A DNA stretch of 60,000 nt from Felis catus (lineage: Eukaryota), in contig NC_058369.1 of assembly GCF_018350175.1 (NCBI RefSeq), positions 10,728,001 through 10,788,000 on the forward strand. Direction: 5' to 3'. The notes beneath the pieces were generated by a model. That model was not told the origin of the DNA and searched no databases. It worked only from the letters and a program-made list of their open reading frames with translations. The position numbers and the translations under genes are program-made. How positions within the stretch are numbered: the first letter of the stretch is position 1; each line of letters opens with the position of its first letter. Below are positions 38,346 to 51,593 of this stretch, piece after piece.

Positions 38346-38955
38346 ACGGTTCTCACTGGTGAAGAGATCGGCTGAGTTTTTTCTTCTATGTTGAACAAAT
38401 ATCTTCCTAGTTTCTATACAACTTGGTCATGAAGTATTACGCAGTAAAGCTAGTTAGCATACACTCTTTCGCATATGGAATACAAATTTTATGTGAATAC
38501 TCCATGTGAAAGGTGATGCTGAGAAATGTGTCTCAAGAAGTGCTGTTGCAAGGAAACAGCTACCTCCATGGCTCTGGGTCTTTCTACAAATACAGAACAT
38601 GCTCAAAAACACCACATCTTGAAAAGCTCAGGGCACATGCCTCCAAGCTTGATTCTCTGTTTTCCTACTCCCCTTAGCTGCAAAACTCCTAGGTATGTTC
38701 TAATTTCACTGTGACCAATTTGTGTCCTCCCCCCTCCCCACCATTCCTTCCTCATTCTCATCCAACTGGACTTCCATTCCCACTGCTCATTGTCAACAAT
38801 GATCCCTGTATTGCTGAGTCCAGTGGAGCTTCTCTTTTGAACATAATACGTACATTAATTATAAATGAGCCTACCTCGTCTCAGGTGACCTCAGGTAAAA
38901 TATCTCAGATTCCATTCTCTCAGAATCTTTCCCAAAATAACCACTGAGCTCTGAG

Positions 38956-39360
38956 ACTCACATGGATGGGGTCTATAAGAAGAACGTCTCTGTGTGGAGG
39001 TCCGACTTCGCCCCTGGATGGTTGATCATGGAGACCAAAGCTCTGTTCCCAGACAGGACAGCAGGATGGAGTGAAGCATTGGTCCCCCTGCATAGACCTG
39101 GATCCCAAAAGCAACAACCATGCCTTGCCATATACAAGGTTTCGGATGATGACATTCTGCAGTGGAGGAGATATTTATAGCTCCCTATGTCTGCCCATTA
39201 GACACTGTTTCCATTGTTACTCCCACATTGGAGCACATCATTTCCCCGTGGGCCACTGGAGCGGTGGGAAAGGAAAAGTTTCCTGCTGATACTCTGTTGC
39301 TGGGATATCAGATTGGAAGTCAGGTGAATCCAGTTTTGTATTACGCTCATGAACTTGCCT
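38956..39360 (-). promoter_or_regulatory. Putative OR promoter and exon 1, copy B (upstream of OR-3)
   Basis: Reverse complement of the module; TATAAATA (39172-39179, minus); donor CAT|GTGAGT at 38961. Confidence 0.65.
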
Positions 39361-39607
39361 GCTTATCAGAGGTCTAACCAGCTTTCACTTTACCTTCACC
39401 TTGAGCTGATTTTGAATTCATTGAGTTGAGGGTTTACTATTTATAACTCTGGGTGATTTTAATAAATGAGCCATGAGATCCTCTTTATGTGTGGTTTTGA
39501 AAGAAAAGTCTAAGGACTCACTCTAGAGTCTGAAAAAAAGTCTGTATTTGATTCTTTAATCTGAGAACCCCTGAGTTGGCCTCAAATACACCCATGAAAA
39601 AGACTTT

Positions 39608-40070
39608 TAGTAGGCAGAATAATGCCCCCCAAATATTTCCACATCTTAATCTCCAGACTTTTCGAATATATCTTGTGTCATGGCAAGTGAGAATTAGGGT
39701 GACAAATGGTGTTAACATTGCTAGTCAGCTGATCTGAAGACAAATTTGTTCTGATGATCCAGGTGGGCTCAATAGATCACAAGGTGCCTCCAGATATGGA
39801 AGACAGAGGCAGAAGAGTAGGAATCACATAGAAATTTGAGATGCTATGGTGCTGGCTTTGAAGATAAAGGGAGGGACTATGAGTCAGGGAATACAGGCGG
39901 CTTTAGTTCCCCAGGACCTCCCCCAGACAGAGTGATTTTAGCCCAGGGAGACCTACTTCAGACTTCTGACTTCCAGAACTATCAGAACATAAATTTATTT
40001 GTTCTAAGCCAGCGGCACGGAATTTGTCACAACCACAATAAATATCTATTCCGGATAGTTATCCAATAAC
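39608..40070 (+). mobile_element. MaLR LTR (MLT1D-like)
   Basis: TAGGCAGAATAATGCCCCCCAAA...GCTGGCTTTGAAGAT...GACTTCTGACTTCCAGAACT. Confidence 0.75.
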
Positions 40071-40472
40071 ACTCTGCTTAGAGAAATGAAATTCAGCCTT
40101 GGATCATGTTTATATTCTTTCAAATAAGGCTATTTGGTGTTGAAATACCACTTTATGTAAAACACCAAATCTGAAGTCACTTTGGAGTCTCTCAACCCCA
40201 ACAGCTGGTACAAAAAATCCCCTAAGCCATGAGATGTACTGTCTTGCAGGCACTGAAGTAGACAAACTAAAACATTAAGGCCACTTGTTCTACCTTAAAT
40301 CTTTATGTTCAAATTTTTACCTACTTTTATTTTCATGTTAATCCAAATGGTCTTTTCATTTTTGTCCTCTCCCACTTTCTCTCAAGTTTATTTTGACATG
40401 AAAGCTTTCCTAATAATGAATCTGTGTGTGCACACATGAGTGTCCATGTTTACTTGAAAGAAAAATGTATAA

Positions 40473-40475
<3 letters not shown>

Positions 40476-40516
<41 letters not shown>
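40476..40516. repeat. (CA)n microsatellite
   Basis: Direct reading. Confidence 0.95.
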
Positions 40517-40517
<1 letters not shown>

Positions 40518-41648
40518 ATATCTACCCCTCACCATTGAGCATTTTCTTTGGAATCCACATAATGTTACCACACAGTTGTTTCTTTCCCACAATATCCCTC
40601 TGAAATTAGTTTTATTATCCCACATTATCTGCAGAAATAAGAAAACTGAATCTCAAGGGGATTAGATTTTAATAAGTTACAGAACAAAGCAATTAAAGCT
40701 TATTGTGCACTTTCTGGAATTACATACAAATGAATGTTCAGAAGGTGCTCCTAAATATTTATGATTCCCTTAATAGAACAAACTGTTTAATTTACTAAAA
40801 AATTTTATTGAAGTATCATTGACACACAAAATCATTAATTTCAGGTGTACAACATACTGATTCGACAGACTCTTTATGTTGTGCTGTGCTCACAAGTGTC
40901 AAACTATAAACTTTAAATGTACACAGATGATTTTATATAATTAAGCTACAATGATAGAGTTAAAAGGAAAAAAGTCTAGTGGAGCATGGCTGAGGGGAGG
41001 ACCGAGAACATTGGTAGCTGATTCACATCGAAGAAGGATGAAGGATCTCTCTTCTAAATAGAAAGAGGCTAAATGTCTATATGGATATAGGACCAATGAA
41101 ATGAAGTTGAGGCCGCTCACGTTTGATATGCCACTAAGTCACTATCCAATACTGATTTTATATTCAAAGTACTCTTTCCTGAAGAATAAACAAAGCCAAT
41201 GAGAGTAGAAGAAAGGAAATAACACAGAGCTGAAATAAATGACACAGAGATTTAAAAAATGAATGGAATGAAATCAATGAAAGCAACAGCTGGTTCTTTG
41301 AAAAGGTAAACAACATTGACAAACCCTTAGCCACATTCATCAAGAAAAAAAAGGGCAAGGACCCAAAGAAGTAAAATCATGAATGAGAGAGAAATAACAA
41401 CTGACACCATATAAATACAAAGAATTGTAAGAGAATGTTATTAAAATATATATGCCAACAAAGAGGATGACCCAGATGAAAGGATAAAGTCCTAGAAAAA
41501 TACAAACTTCCAAAACAGAACTGGAAAGAAATACAGGATCTGAACAAATTAATTGTCAGTAACAAAGTTGAATTGGTAAACAAAAAGTTACCTAAAACTA
41601 AAAGTTCAGGACCAGATGGAGTCACAGGTGAATTCTACAAGACACTTA

Positions 41649-41683
41649 TTTTTTTTAATGTTTATTTATTTTTGAGAGAGAGA

Positions 41684-41742
<59 letters not shown>

Positions 41743-42962
41743 GGGGAGGGACAGAGAGCAAGAGAGAGACACAGAATCTTTTTTTAATATGAAATTTATT
41801 GTCAGATTGGTTTCTGTACAATACCCAGTGCTCATCCCAACAGGTGCCCTCTTCAATGCCCACCCCACCCCCCATCAACCCTCAGTTTATTCTCAGTTTT
41901 TAAGAGTCTCTTATGGTTTACCTCCCTCTTTCTCTTTTTTCCCCCTTCCCCTCCCCCATGGTCTTCTGTTAAGTTTCTCAGTGTCCACATAAGAGTGAAA
42001 ACGTATGGTATCTGTCTTTCTCTGTAGGACTTATTTCACTTAGCATAACACTCTCTGGTTCCATCCACGTTGCTACAAAAGGCCATATTTCATTCTTTCT
42101 CATTGCCAAGTAGGATTCCATTGTGTATATAAACCACAATTTCTTTATCCATTCATCAGTTGATGGACATTTAGGTTCTTCCATAATTTGGCTGTTGCTG
42201 AAAGTGCTGCTATAAACATTGGGGTACAAGTGCCCCTATGCGTCAGCACTCCTGTATCCCTTGGGTAAATTCCTAGCAGTGCTATTGCGGGGTCATAGGG
42301 GAGATCTATTTTTAATTTTTTGAGGAACCTCCACACTGTTTTCCAGAGTGGCTGCACCAGTTTGCATTCCCACCAACAGTGCAAGGGGGTTCCCATTTCT
42401 CCACATCCTCGCCAACATCTATAGTCTCCTGATTTGTTCATTTTAGCCACTCTGGTGTGAGGTGATATCTGAGTGTGGTTTTGATTTGTATTTCCCTGAT
42501 GAGGAGTGACATTGAGCATCTTTTCATGTGCCTGTTGGCCATCTGGATGCCTTCTTTAGAGAAGTGTCTATTCATGTTTTCTTTCCATTTCTTCACTGGC
42601 TTATTTGTTTTTTGGCTGTGGAGTTTGGTGAGTTCTTTATAGATTTTGGATACTAGCCTTTGTCTGATATGTCATTTTCAAATATCTTTTCCCATTCTTT
42701 TGGTTGCCTTTTAGTTTTGTTGTTTGTTTCCTTTGTAGTGCAGAAGCTTTTTATCTTCATGAGGTCCCAATAGTTCATTTTTGCTTTTAATTCCCTTGCC
42801 TTTGGAGATGGAGACACAGAATCTGAAGTAGGCTCAAGGCTCTAAGATGTCAACACAGAGCCCAATGCACACATCCCAATGTGGGGCTCAAACTCATGAA
42901 CCATGAGATCATGACCTGAGCTGAATTTGGATACTCAACCAACTGAGCCACCCAAGCACCCC
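41649..42962 (-). mobile_element. CanSINE split by a younger L1 (41780-42810)
   Basis: SINE TSD TTCTACAAGACA(C/T)TTA (41633-41648, 42963-42978); inner L1 TSD GAGACACAGAATCT (41766-41779, 42811-42824). Confidence 0.9.
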
Positions 42963-43665
42963 TTCTACAAGACATTTAATGAAGAATTAGTATATATTCT
43001 CCTCAAACTACTCCAAAATATTGAATAAGAGGGAAAGCTTCCAAATACATTCAATCAGGCCAACATTACCCTGATGCTGGAACCAGACAATGACACCCCC
43101 CAAAAAGAAAACTATAGACCAGTATCCTTGATGAAGATAGATGCAAAAATCCTCAAGGAAATACTAGCAAACCACACACAACAGTATGTTAAAAAGCCAT
43201 TCACCATGGTCAGGTAGGACTTATTTCAGGGATACAAAGGTGTTTCAATATTTTGAAAATCAATGTTATACACATCAACAGAATGAAGAGTAAAAATCAT
43301 ATGATCATCTCAATAGATGAAGAAAAATCATTTGACAAAATTCGACATTCATTCATGATAAAAATTCAATAAAGTGGGGTTAAAGGCAACATACCTCAAC
43401 ATATAAAGGCCACCTATGAAAATCCCATAGGTAGCATCATACTCAATGGTGAAAAGTGGAGAGCTTTTCCCCCAATGTCAGGAAGAAGAAAATATGTCCA
43501 CTCACACTTATTCAACATAGTACTGGAGGTCCTAGCCACAGCAATCAGACAAGAAAAAGAAATAAGGCATATCCATATTGGTAAAGAAGTTAAACTGTCA
43601 CTATTTGCAGATGACATGATATTATACATGGTAAATCCAAAAGAATCTACCAAAAAATTACTAGA

Positions 43666-44135
43666 AGTATGGATAAAGAAGATGTGGTATATATACATAC
43701 AATGGAATAATATTCAGTGATCAAAAAGAGTGAAATCTTGCCATTTGAAAGAATGTGGATGGAACTAGAGTGTATTATGCTAAGCGAAATAAGTCAGTCA
43801 GAGAAAGACAAATATCATATCATTGCACCCATATGTGGAATTTAAGAAACAAAACAGATGAACATAGGGGAAGTGAGGGAAAATAAGTTAATAACAGAGG
43901 GAGTAAAACCATAAGAGACTCTTGAATGCAGAGAATAGGCTGGGGGTTCCTGGAGGGGAGGTGGATTGGGGGTTATCTAAATGGGTGATGGGCATTTATT
44001 TAAGGAGGGCACTTATTGGAATGAGCACTGAGTGTTCTATAGAAGTGATGAATCACTGGGTTCTACTCATGAAACTAATACTACAGTGCATGTTAACTAA
44101 CTTGATTTTACATACATACATACATACATACATAT
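43666..44135 (+). mobile_element. Short L1 3'-end insertion with a (TACA)n tail
   Basis: TSD AAAATTACTAGA (43654-43665, 44136-44147). Confidence 0.82.
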
Positions 44136-44786
44136 AAAATTACTAGATGTATTACATTAATTCAGTAAAGTACAAGATACAAAATAAATACCCAGTAATC
44201 AGCAATGTTTCTGTACCTTAACAATGAATCAGCTGAAGGAAAAACATTTAAAAACACCATTTACAATTGCACCAAAAAGAATAAAATATTTAGGAATCAA
44301 CTTAGCCAAAAAGTGAAAGACCTATGCTCCAAAAACTATAATACACTGGTGAAAGAAATTGAAGGTAACATAAATAAATGGAAAGATATTCCATGCTCAC
44401 GGATTGGAAGAATTATTCTTGTGAAAATGTCCATATTACCCAAAGCAAAGCAATCAACAGATTCAATGCAATCTCTATCAAAATAGCAACAGCAGTTTTC
44501 ACAAAACTAGAACAAATAATACTAACATTTGTATGGAACTATAGAAGACCCTGCATAGCCAAAGCAATCCTGAGAAAAAAGAACAAACCTACCAGATTTC
44601 AAGATATACTCCAAAGCTGTAGTAATCAAGACAGTATGCTTTTGGCACAGAAATAGACACATAGGTCAGTGGGACAGAATAAAGACCCCAGAAATAAAAC
44701 ATGACTAAATGGGTTTAATCTGTTACTTGGATGTAAATTAAAAAAAATTTTTTTTAAGGTGAGACTATGGGGAAAAGACAGTCTTT

Positions 44787-45059
44787 ACTTTTTTTTTTCC
44801 AATATATGAAGTTTATTGTCAAATTGGTTTGCATGCAACACCCAGTGCTCATCCCAAAAGGTGCCCTCCTCAATACCCATCACCCACCCTCCCCTTGCTC
44901 CCACCCCCCATCAACCCTCAGTTTGTTCTCAGTTTTTAAGAGTCTCTTATGCTTTGGCTGTCTTCCACTCTAAGCTCTTTTTTTTTCCTTCCCCTCCCCA
45001 TTGGTTTCTGTTAAGTTTCTCAGGATCTACATAAGAGTGAAACCATATGGTATCTGTGA
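44787..45059 (-). mobile_element. Short L1_Fc-like 3'UTR insertion
   Basis: TSD AAAAGACAGTCTTT (44773-44786, 45060-45073). Confidence 0.88.
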
Positions 45060-45342
45060 AAAAGACAGTCTTTTCAATAAATGGTGCTGGGAAAACTGGG
45101 AAGATACATGTAAAACAATGAAACAGGACCACTTTCTTACACTATACTCAAAAACAAACTAAAAATGGATTAAAAACCTAAATGTGAGATTTGACACCGC
45201 GTGAAAAGAACACAGGCAGTAATTTCTCTGACATCAGCTATAATATTTTTCTCGACCAGTCTCCTAAGGCTAGGGAAACAAAAGTAAAAATAAACTATTG
45301 GGATTCCATCAAAATTAAAAGATTTTACACAGCAAAGGAGAC

Positions 45343-45373
<31 letters not shown>

Positions 45374-45964
45374 ACAAAACAAACCTGATCTATTGAATGG
45401 GAGAAGGTATTTGCAAATGATATATCTGATAAAAGGTTAATATCTAAAATACACAAAGAATTCATACAACTAAACAACAACAAAAAAACCCAAACAACCC
45501 ACTTAAAAATTGGGCAGAGGTTCTGAATTGACATGTCTCTAAAGAAGACATCCAGATGGCCAACAGACAAATGAAAAGATGTTCATCATCATTCATCATC
45601 AGGGAAATGTAAATCAAAACCACAATGAGATACCACCTCACACAGGTCAGAAGGGCTAAAATCAGAAACACAACAAACAAATGCTGGTGATGAAGTGGAG
45701 AAAAAGGCACCCTCACACACTGTTGGTGGGAATGCAGCCACTGTGGAAAACAGTATGGAGGGTCCTCAAAACTTGGAAATAGAATGACAACATGATCCAA
45801 TAAGTCCATTACTGTTTCCAAAGAAAAGAAAAACGCCAATTTGAAAACATATATGCACCCCTATGTTTATTGCAGTATTCTTTACAACAGACAAGATATG
45901 GAAGCACCCTAAGTGTCTGTCAATAGAGGAATGGATAAGGAAAATGTGGCACACACACACGAAT

Positions 45965-46470
45965 ATTTATCTGATGTGTCATTTACAAACATCTTCTCCC
46001 ATTCTGTAGGAAGCCTTTTAATTCTTTTGTTTTCTTCACTGTGCAGAAGCTTTTCACATTGGTGAGGTCCCAATAGTTCATGTTCGCTTTTGTTTCTCTT
46101 GCCTACGGCAACATGGGTAACAAGAAGTTGCCGTATTTGAGGTCAAAGAGATAGCTGCCTGTGTTCTCCTCTAGGATTTGGGTGGTTTCCTATCTCACAT
46201 TTAGGCCTTTCATCCATTTTGAATTCATTTCTGTGAATGGTGTATGGTGTAAGAGAGTGGTCCAGTTTCACTGGCATGTTGCTCTCCATTTTGCCAATAC
46301 CATTGCTTAAGAAGCTGCCTTTTTTCCACTGGACACTTCTTCCTTCTTTGTCGAAGATTGACCATATTGTTTTGGGTCCATTTCTGGGTTTTCTATTCTA
46401 TTCCATTGTTCTATGGGTCCGTTTTTGTGTCAGTACCATACTGTCTTGATGACTACAGCTTCGTAATACA
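45965..46470 (-). mobile_element. L1 ORF2 internal fragment (also present in the duplicate at ~57340-57843)
   Basis: Same endpoints in both copies. Confidence 0.8.
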
Positions 46471-46489
46471 CCTAGAATTGCCAAATGTT

Positions 46490-47197
46490 TTATAAACGTC
46501 AACTTTTAACCTGTCTTAAACATACGAAACTCCCAGATGATTTGTCAAAAGAATATCAAATCCAAGGATTATTAAACCCATGGTTGTATAGCAAAGGAAC
46601 ACACTTTATCTTGTTGAAGAAAGAATAGGTATTTTCTAGACTGTCAGGAGTTGTGTTCCCACCACAACTCAATGTTTCAGAGAGCCAAGGAGCATAGTCA
46701 AGACAGGTTCCTGAGTCCTAGATTTGGAAAAATAACTTTCACTCATCTGTGAAAAGTTTCAATGTTAGACAAGCCAGGGAAGTTTGAGGAGGAGTAATAA
46801 AAATTGGATATGCCTGAATTCTAATGTGATCTCTTGGGAACAGGGAATCTACAGGAAAAAATTCCATTCTGTCCAGATAAGTTCCCATGGGGAGATGGGC
46901 TCAGGGGTTGGAGTAACAATGGGAAATGTGTCTAACGTTTCAGACACATTTTGCTGTGTCAGATGCAGCAAACATAAGGAGCTGTAAATATCTCCTCGGC
47001 TGCAGATCCAGAACATGTTTAATCCGAAGCCAGAGGAGACATGGTTTTTGCATTTGGATTCTTAAGTCTGGTTTGGGGACCAATGCTTCACTCCCTCCTG
47101 TTCTGGGAATAGAGCTTGCTTTCCATCGTCAACAAACAGGGAGGAATTCTGACTTCTACCTGGAGACCTTCCTCTCAGAGACCCCATCTAGGTGAGT
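46490..47197 (+). promoter_or_regulatory. Putative OR promoter and exon 1, copy C (upstream of OR-4)
   Basis: O/E-like TCTCTTGGGA (46830-46839) and TCCCATGGGG (46883-46892); donor TAG|GTGAGT at 47192. Confidence 0.7.
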
Positions 47198-47337
47198 CTC
47201 AGCACTCAGCAGGTATTCCAGGGAAGGTTCCCAGAGAATGGAATCTGAAAGCTTTCCTCTGAGGTCACCTGACAGCCTAACCATCCTGGTCTCGGAGCCG
47301 AAAGATCATTGTGTTTGTTGGCACGGTGAACTCTTTC

Positions 47338-47771
47338 ATTTTTTTAATGTTTACTTATATTTGAGAGAGAGAGACAGAGACAGAGTAAGAGTGCGGGAGG
47401 GGCACAGAGAGAGGGGGACACAGAATCTGAAGCAGACTCCAGGCTCTGAGCTGTCAGCACAGAGCCTGACGTGGGGCTCCAACTCATGAACTGCGAGATC
47501 ATGACCTGAACCAAAGTCAGACGCTTAACTTACTGAGCCACCCAGTCTCCCCCATTTATTTTTTTATGTTTATTTACTTTTGAGAGAAAGAGAGAGAGAG
47601 GCAGAGTGTGAGTGGGGGAGGACCAGAGAGAGAGGGAGACATAGATCTGAGGCAGGTTCCAGGCTCCGAGCCATCAGCACAGAGCCTTATGTGGGGTTGG
47701 AACTAACCAACTGCGAGATCATGACCTGAGCTGAAGTCGGACGCTTAACCGACTGAGCCACCCAGGTGCCC
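47338..47771 (-). mobile_element. Two tandem CanSINEs
   Basis: Two consecutive units, each with GAGATCATGACCTGA and GAGCCACCCAG. Confidence 0.9.
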
Positions 47772-48879
47772 AACCCACTCATTTATAATCAATTTATTTA
47801 AGATGTGAAAAAAAGGAAGTGTGTGTTGAAATTAGCAATATAAGGATTATTGTTGACAATTAAGTGGTGGGAATAAAAGATCAGTTGGATGCGACTAACG
47901 AGGGAACGCCGGGTACTGTCTTACAGGATAATCTGAACATTTCCAAAGAGTTTTCAGTTAAAGGAAATATGAAAATAGACTATTAGGTATGGAAGGAGGT
48001 GCAGTGAGGGAATGTAAACAATATTTTTAAGATGGGGTATTTTGGAGCATATTCTGTATCTTTTAGAAAGGTCCAGACCAATGGAGGGAGCCACGACCTG
48101 GCAACTGCAGTTCTGGAGACATACATTTCACAGAATCTTCTCTGCATTAGGTCACTTAAAAAGTTTATTTAAAACTCGAACAGGCATATGCTAGAGGGTT
48201 TTATTTTGCACTTATTTCATTACCTGGAGGACGAATTTATGTTGGGGTTTATTGGCCATTTACTTTGCCTGTCGTAAATTATCAGTGTAATTTCTTTGCC
48301 TTTTACATTGAGTCTGAGTGTTCTTATTCTTTTCTTTGTTTGATGCTCCTGTTGAATCATTTTCTTCCTTCCTCTTGATTGCATTTTTTCACACAAATAA
48401 TTCTACTCCTGAAACCAATATTACACTACATTTTAACCAACTAGAATTTAGATAAAAACTTTAAAAAGCAAAAAAAAAAATTGCAAATTTTAAGCCAAGT
48501 TTACTATTTGCTGTTTGATTCTTGTATGTATGTACAGATATATTTTCTGGGTGGTGTGAGAGTTTATAAACTTTGAGTGGTCAAGTCCACCAGTCGGCCA
48601 TACTTTCTCCCCACCCCTTGCTTTCTATGTGCCTTGTAGTAATAAACTGCCTTTTGTATGTATTGCCACCTACCTCCCATCTGTGCTTCCTCGCTGCTAC
48701 CTTTTGTTTTGTGATTGGATCTATTTTCTAAACTAGCAATTGTCCTTCTGCCGTCCTGTGGAAACATGAATTTCTCTTGCATTCAACTTATATCTTTCTC
48801 ACAAGTGTGTGTGACCCCACTTATGTTTGTATAGAATGAGATTATAATTTTATATTCTACTCCCTGCATTATTTTTAAA

Positions 48880-49090
48880 AATTTTTTTAACGTTTATTTA
48901 GTTTTGAGACAGAGAGAGACAGAGCATGAACAGGGGAGGGGCAGAGAGAGAGGGAGACACAGAATCTGAAACAGGCTCCAGGCTCTGAGCTGTCAGCACA
49001 GAGCCTGACGCGGGGCTCGAACTCACGGACCGTGAGATCATGACCTGAGCTGAAGTCAGACGCTTAACCGACCAAGCCACCCAGGCGCCC
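48880..49090 (-). mobile_element. Young SINEC_Fc-type SINE
   Basis: TSD CCCTGCATTATTTTTAAA (48862-48879, 49091-49108). Confidence 0.95.
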
Positions 49091-49968
49091 CCCTGCATTA
49101 TTTTTAAAGTCAGTTATAATCATAATTCTTGTTTTCCTATTCTTTCTTGAGGTTTTTGCCTATTCCATTTTGATTTTGAGACGTGTGTTAATGTGATGAA
49201 ATTATATTTTATATCTTCTCCTACAGAAGAGTCTTTTAAACTCAATTTTAATTAATAAGTTTATTTTGAATTCACTATTTATCCCAGTTTTCTTCTCCCT
49301 GCTATTCCTTGTATTTTATAAATTCCATTTTCTAAAAATGTGTTACTATATAAATGCACACCTTTATGAAACAGCAAAAAAAAAAATGAATGAAAGAAGT
49401 GAGGTCCTGCTCATTTGGATCTTACATTCAATGAAGAAAGCAGAGTGTATCTGACACAATGTTCTCAGGGATAGACATATGAAGAAAGGAAACACGTTTT
49501 TGCACACTCACACGCACACACATATAACTCAACAAGGAGAACCACGAGTGATTGGTCTGCACCCTGACCACGTACGACATGCTCTGATATTTTCTATTGT
49601 GCCTTAGTTTTTCTATTCTAGTTTATTCTTGCAAACCACACCCTGACCCCACAAATGGTCCCAGTCTCAGAATATGGAAAACTCCTCTCCCTGGTTCTCT
49701 GTTCCTGTGCTAACAGCTCCCTGTTTGTGTTCTCTCTCTTGTCATTGACAACTCCTGTGAGCACAATCTCTCATTCGTTCATGCAATATGTATTTATTAC
49801 TACTGTCCCCAACCAAACTGTGTCTGGGGGTAAAGGGTGGGAGTAAGTATAACATGCCCAGGGCACCCACAGTCTAGCAGGGAAACATATATGGAATTAA
49901 ATAAAAGTGATAACACCACATCTAAATTATCACAAAAGAAACTTTTTTTTTCTTGTGGGAATGTCAAA

Positions 49969-50014
<46 letters not shown>

Positions 50015-50664
50015 TCATGAAGGAGACGACTCCTTGCTGTCTGAGAGAGGAGATGGGAGTTTCAAGACAGAAGAGGTGAGAACTTCCAAATAGACCAGTG
50101 GATGATTCCAACCAGAGGGGAAGCAGGTGTGTAGGGGCTCGGAGTCTTGAGACTGGGGCTTGAGATGAAGCTACAACTCAAGTTCAGTGTCAGTAGAATT
50201 GATGTGGGTGAGGCAGCATGAGTGCAAAGCTGTTGGGTCAGTCAGGGGAGGCAAGCCAAGTGTTGGAAATATGGATTTGGGGTTCATTCTCCAGGGGGGA
50301 GTCAGATGAAAGCATTAAATCAGGAAGGTGGACAGTAACGTAATTGTAATATAGAGAGATCTCTCTGGGGGGTAAATGTGAATATTAGCTAGAGGGGTGC
50401 TAGTCTGTGATGGGTGGAGAGAGGAAGAAAACTGAAAGAGGGCTATATAACTGGGGCCCCAGAAGTGGGGAGTGATGGGCACTTTGAGAGAAGAAAAAGT
50501 CGGTCAAATCTCCTCACCAGTAAGAAGCAGTCATTATCAATTGAGGGAACTATGCTAAGTTCTTTATGGCGTGTTCACCAAATCTGCCAACCACCTGAGC
50601 AGGATAGATACCTCTAGCCCTACTATTTGGGGAGGGATATTAGCATTTACAATAGTTTGGTTGG

Positions 50665-50900
50665 GAAGGTGGGGGAAGAGAAGAGAGGGAAACAAACCAC
50701 AGGAGATTCATAGGGGTAGAGAGCAAACTCAGGGTTGATGGAGCAAGTGGGGGAGATGGGCTAGATGGGTGATGGGGATTAAAGAGGGCAATTGCTGTGA
50801 TGGGCACTGGGTGTTGTAAGTGATGAATCACTGAATTCTACTCCTGAAAACAATATGTTGCTCTGTATGTTACATGAGTAGAATTTAAATGAGAAAAAAA
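50665..50900 (+). mobile_element. L1 3'UTR fragment (paralog at ~59330-59570)
   Basis: GGGCACTGGGTGTTGTAAGTGATGAATCACTGAATTCTACTCCTGAAA. Confidence 0.75.
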
Positions 50901-51458
50901 GAGTAGTTTGGTTGGTTCTCCAAGTTCAAAAAGCAAACATATGTAGATCCAAAATTCAAAACACGAGTCTCTGATGATGAAGCTGTTGCATCTTATATCA
51001 TTTATAAGAGGTGGGGTTTTGTTAGCAAATAATCTCTTAAAATCCGCCACTTTTGTTGTACTCTGTACATTACCCTTAGAGAATTGTGGGGGGTTTCCCT
51101 TGCTTGTTATTTAGCGGGATGTCTTGATAACTTAGACATCCTAACTTTTCCTTTTAGATAGATTGCTTTTTGCTGCTTCATTATTCTGGGCTTGAAGGAG
51201 ACGTACCTGGGGTTGGGGTGTTGCCAGAACAAAAGACCATTCTCATCCGTTGGTAGGGGCCGCCTCAACTCATAGATCTTTCTCCCCACTTTTCTTGCTC
51301 TCAGTTTTTGAAAATGATATTTTAATTTCTTTAAACACTGGCTATGAAAAGTTCATATTAATGCAGAGACCCATGTTTACATGCTCATAGAAGACTTAAC
51401 TACTGGAACTTGGATGTATTTTCACATCTTTAGAGGAAAGAAAATCTCTTTTCAACAG

Positions 51459-51499
51459 CTTGCCTTGTATCAGTGTTTACCTAATTAATGTGCCTTGAG
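51459..51499 (+). other. Candidate 41-nt non-coding exon of OR-4
   Basis: TCTCTTTTCAACAG|CTTGCCTTGTATC...TTGAG|GTGAGA. Confidence 0.55.
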
Positions 51500-51559
51500 G
51501 TGAGAATAGTCTGGTTGTGACATGGTCCTAGGAGACTAGGGGGCACGCACGTGTGTGTG

Positions 51560-51593
<34 letters not shown>

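Larger units (their letters stand above)
41180..45950 (+). mobile_element. Old carnivore L1 ORF2 with at least four nested insertions
   Basis: KSSGPDGVTGEFY, LFADDMI and INYWDSIKIK fragments interrupted by TSD-bounded inserts. Confidence 0.88.
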
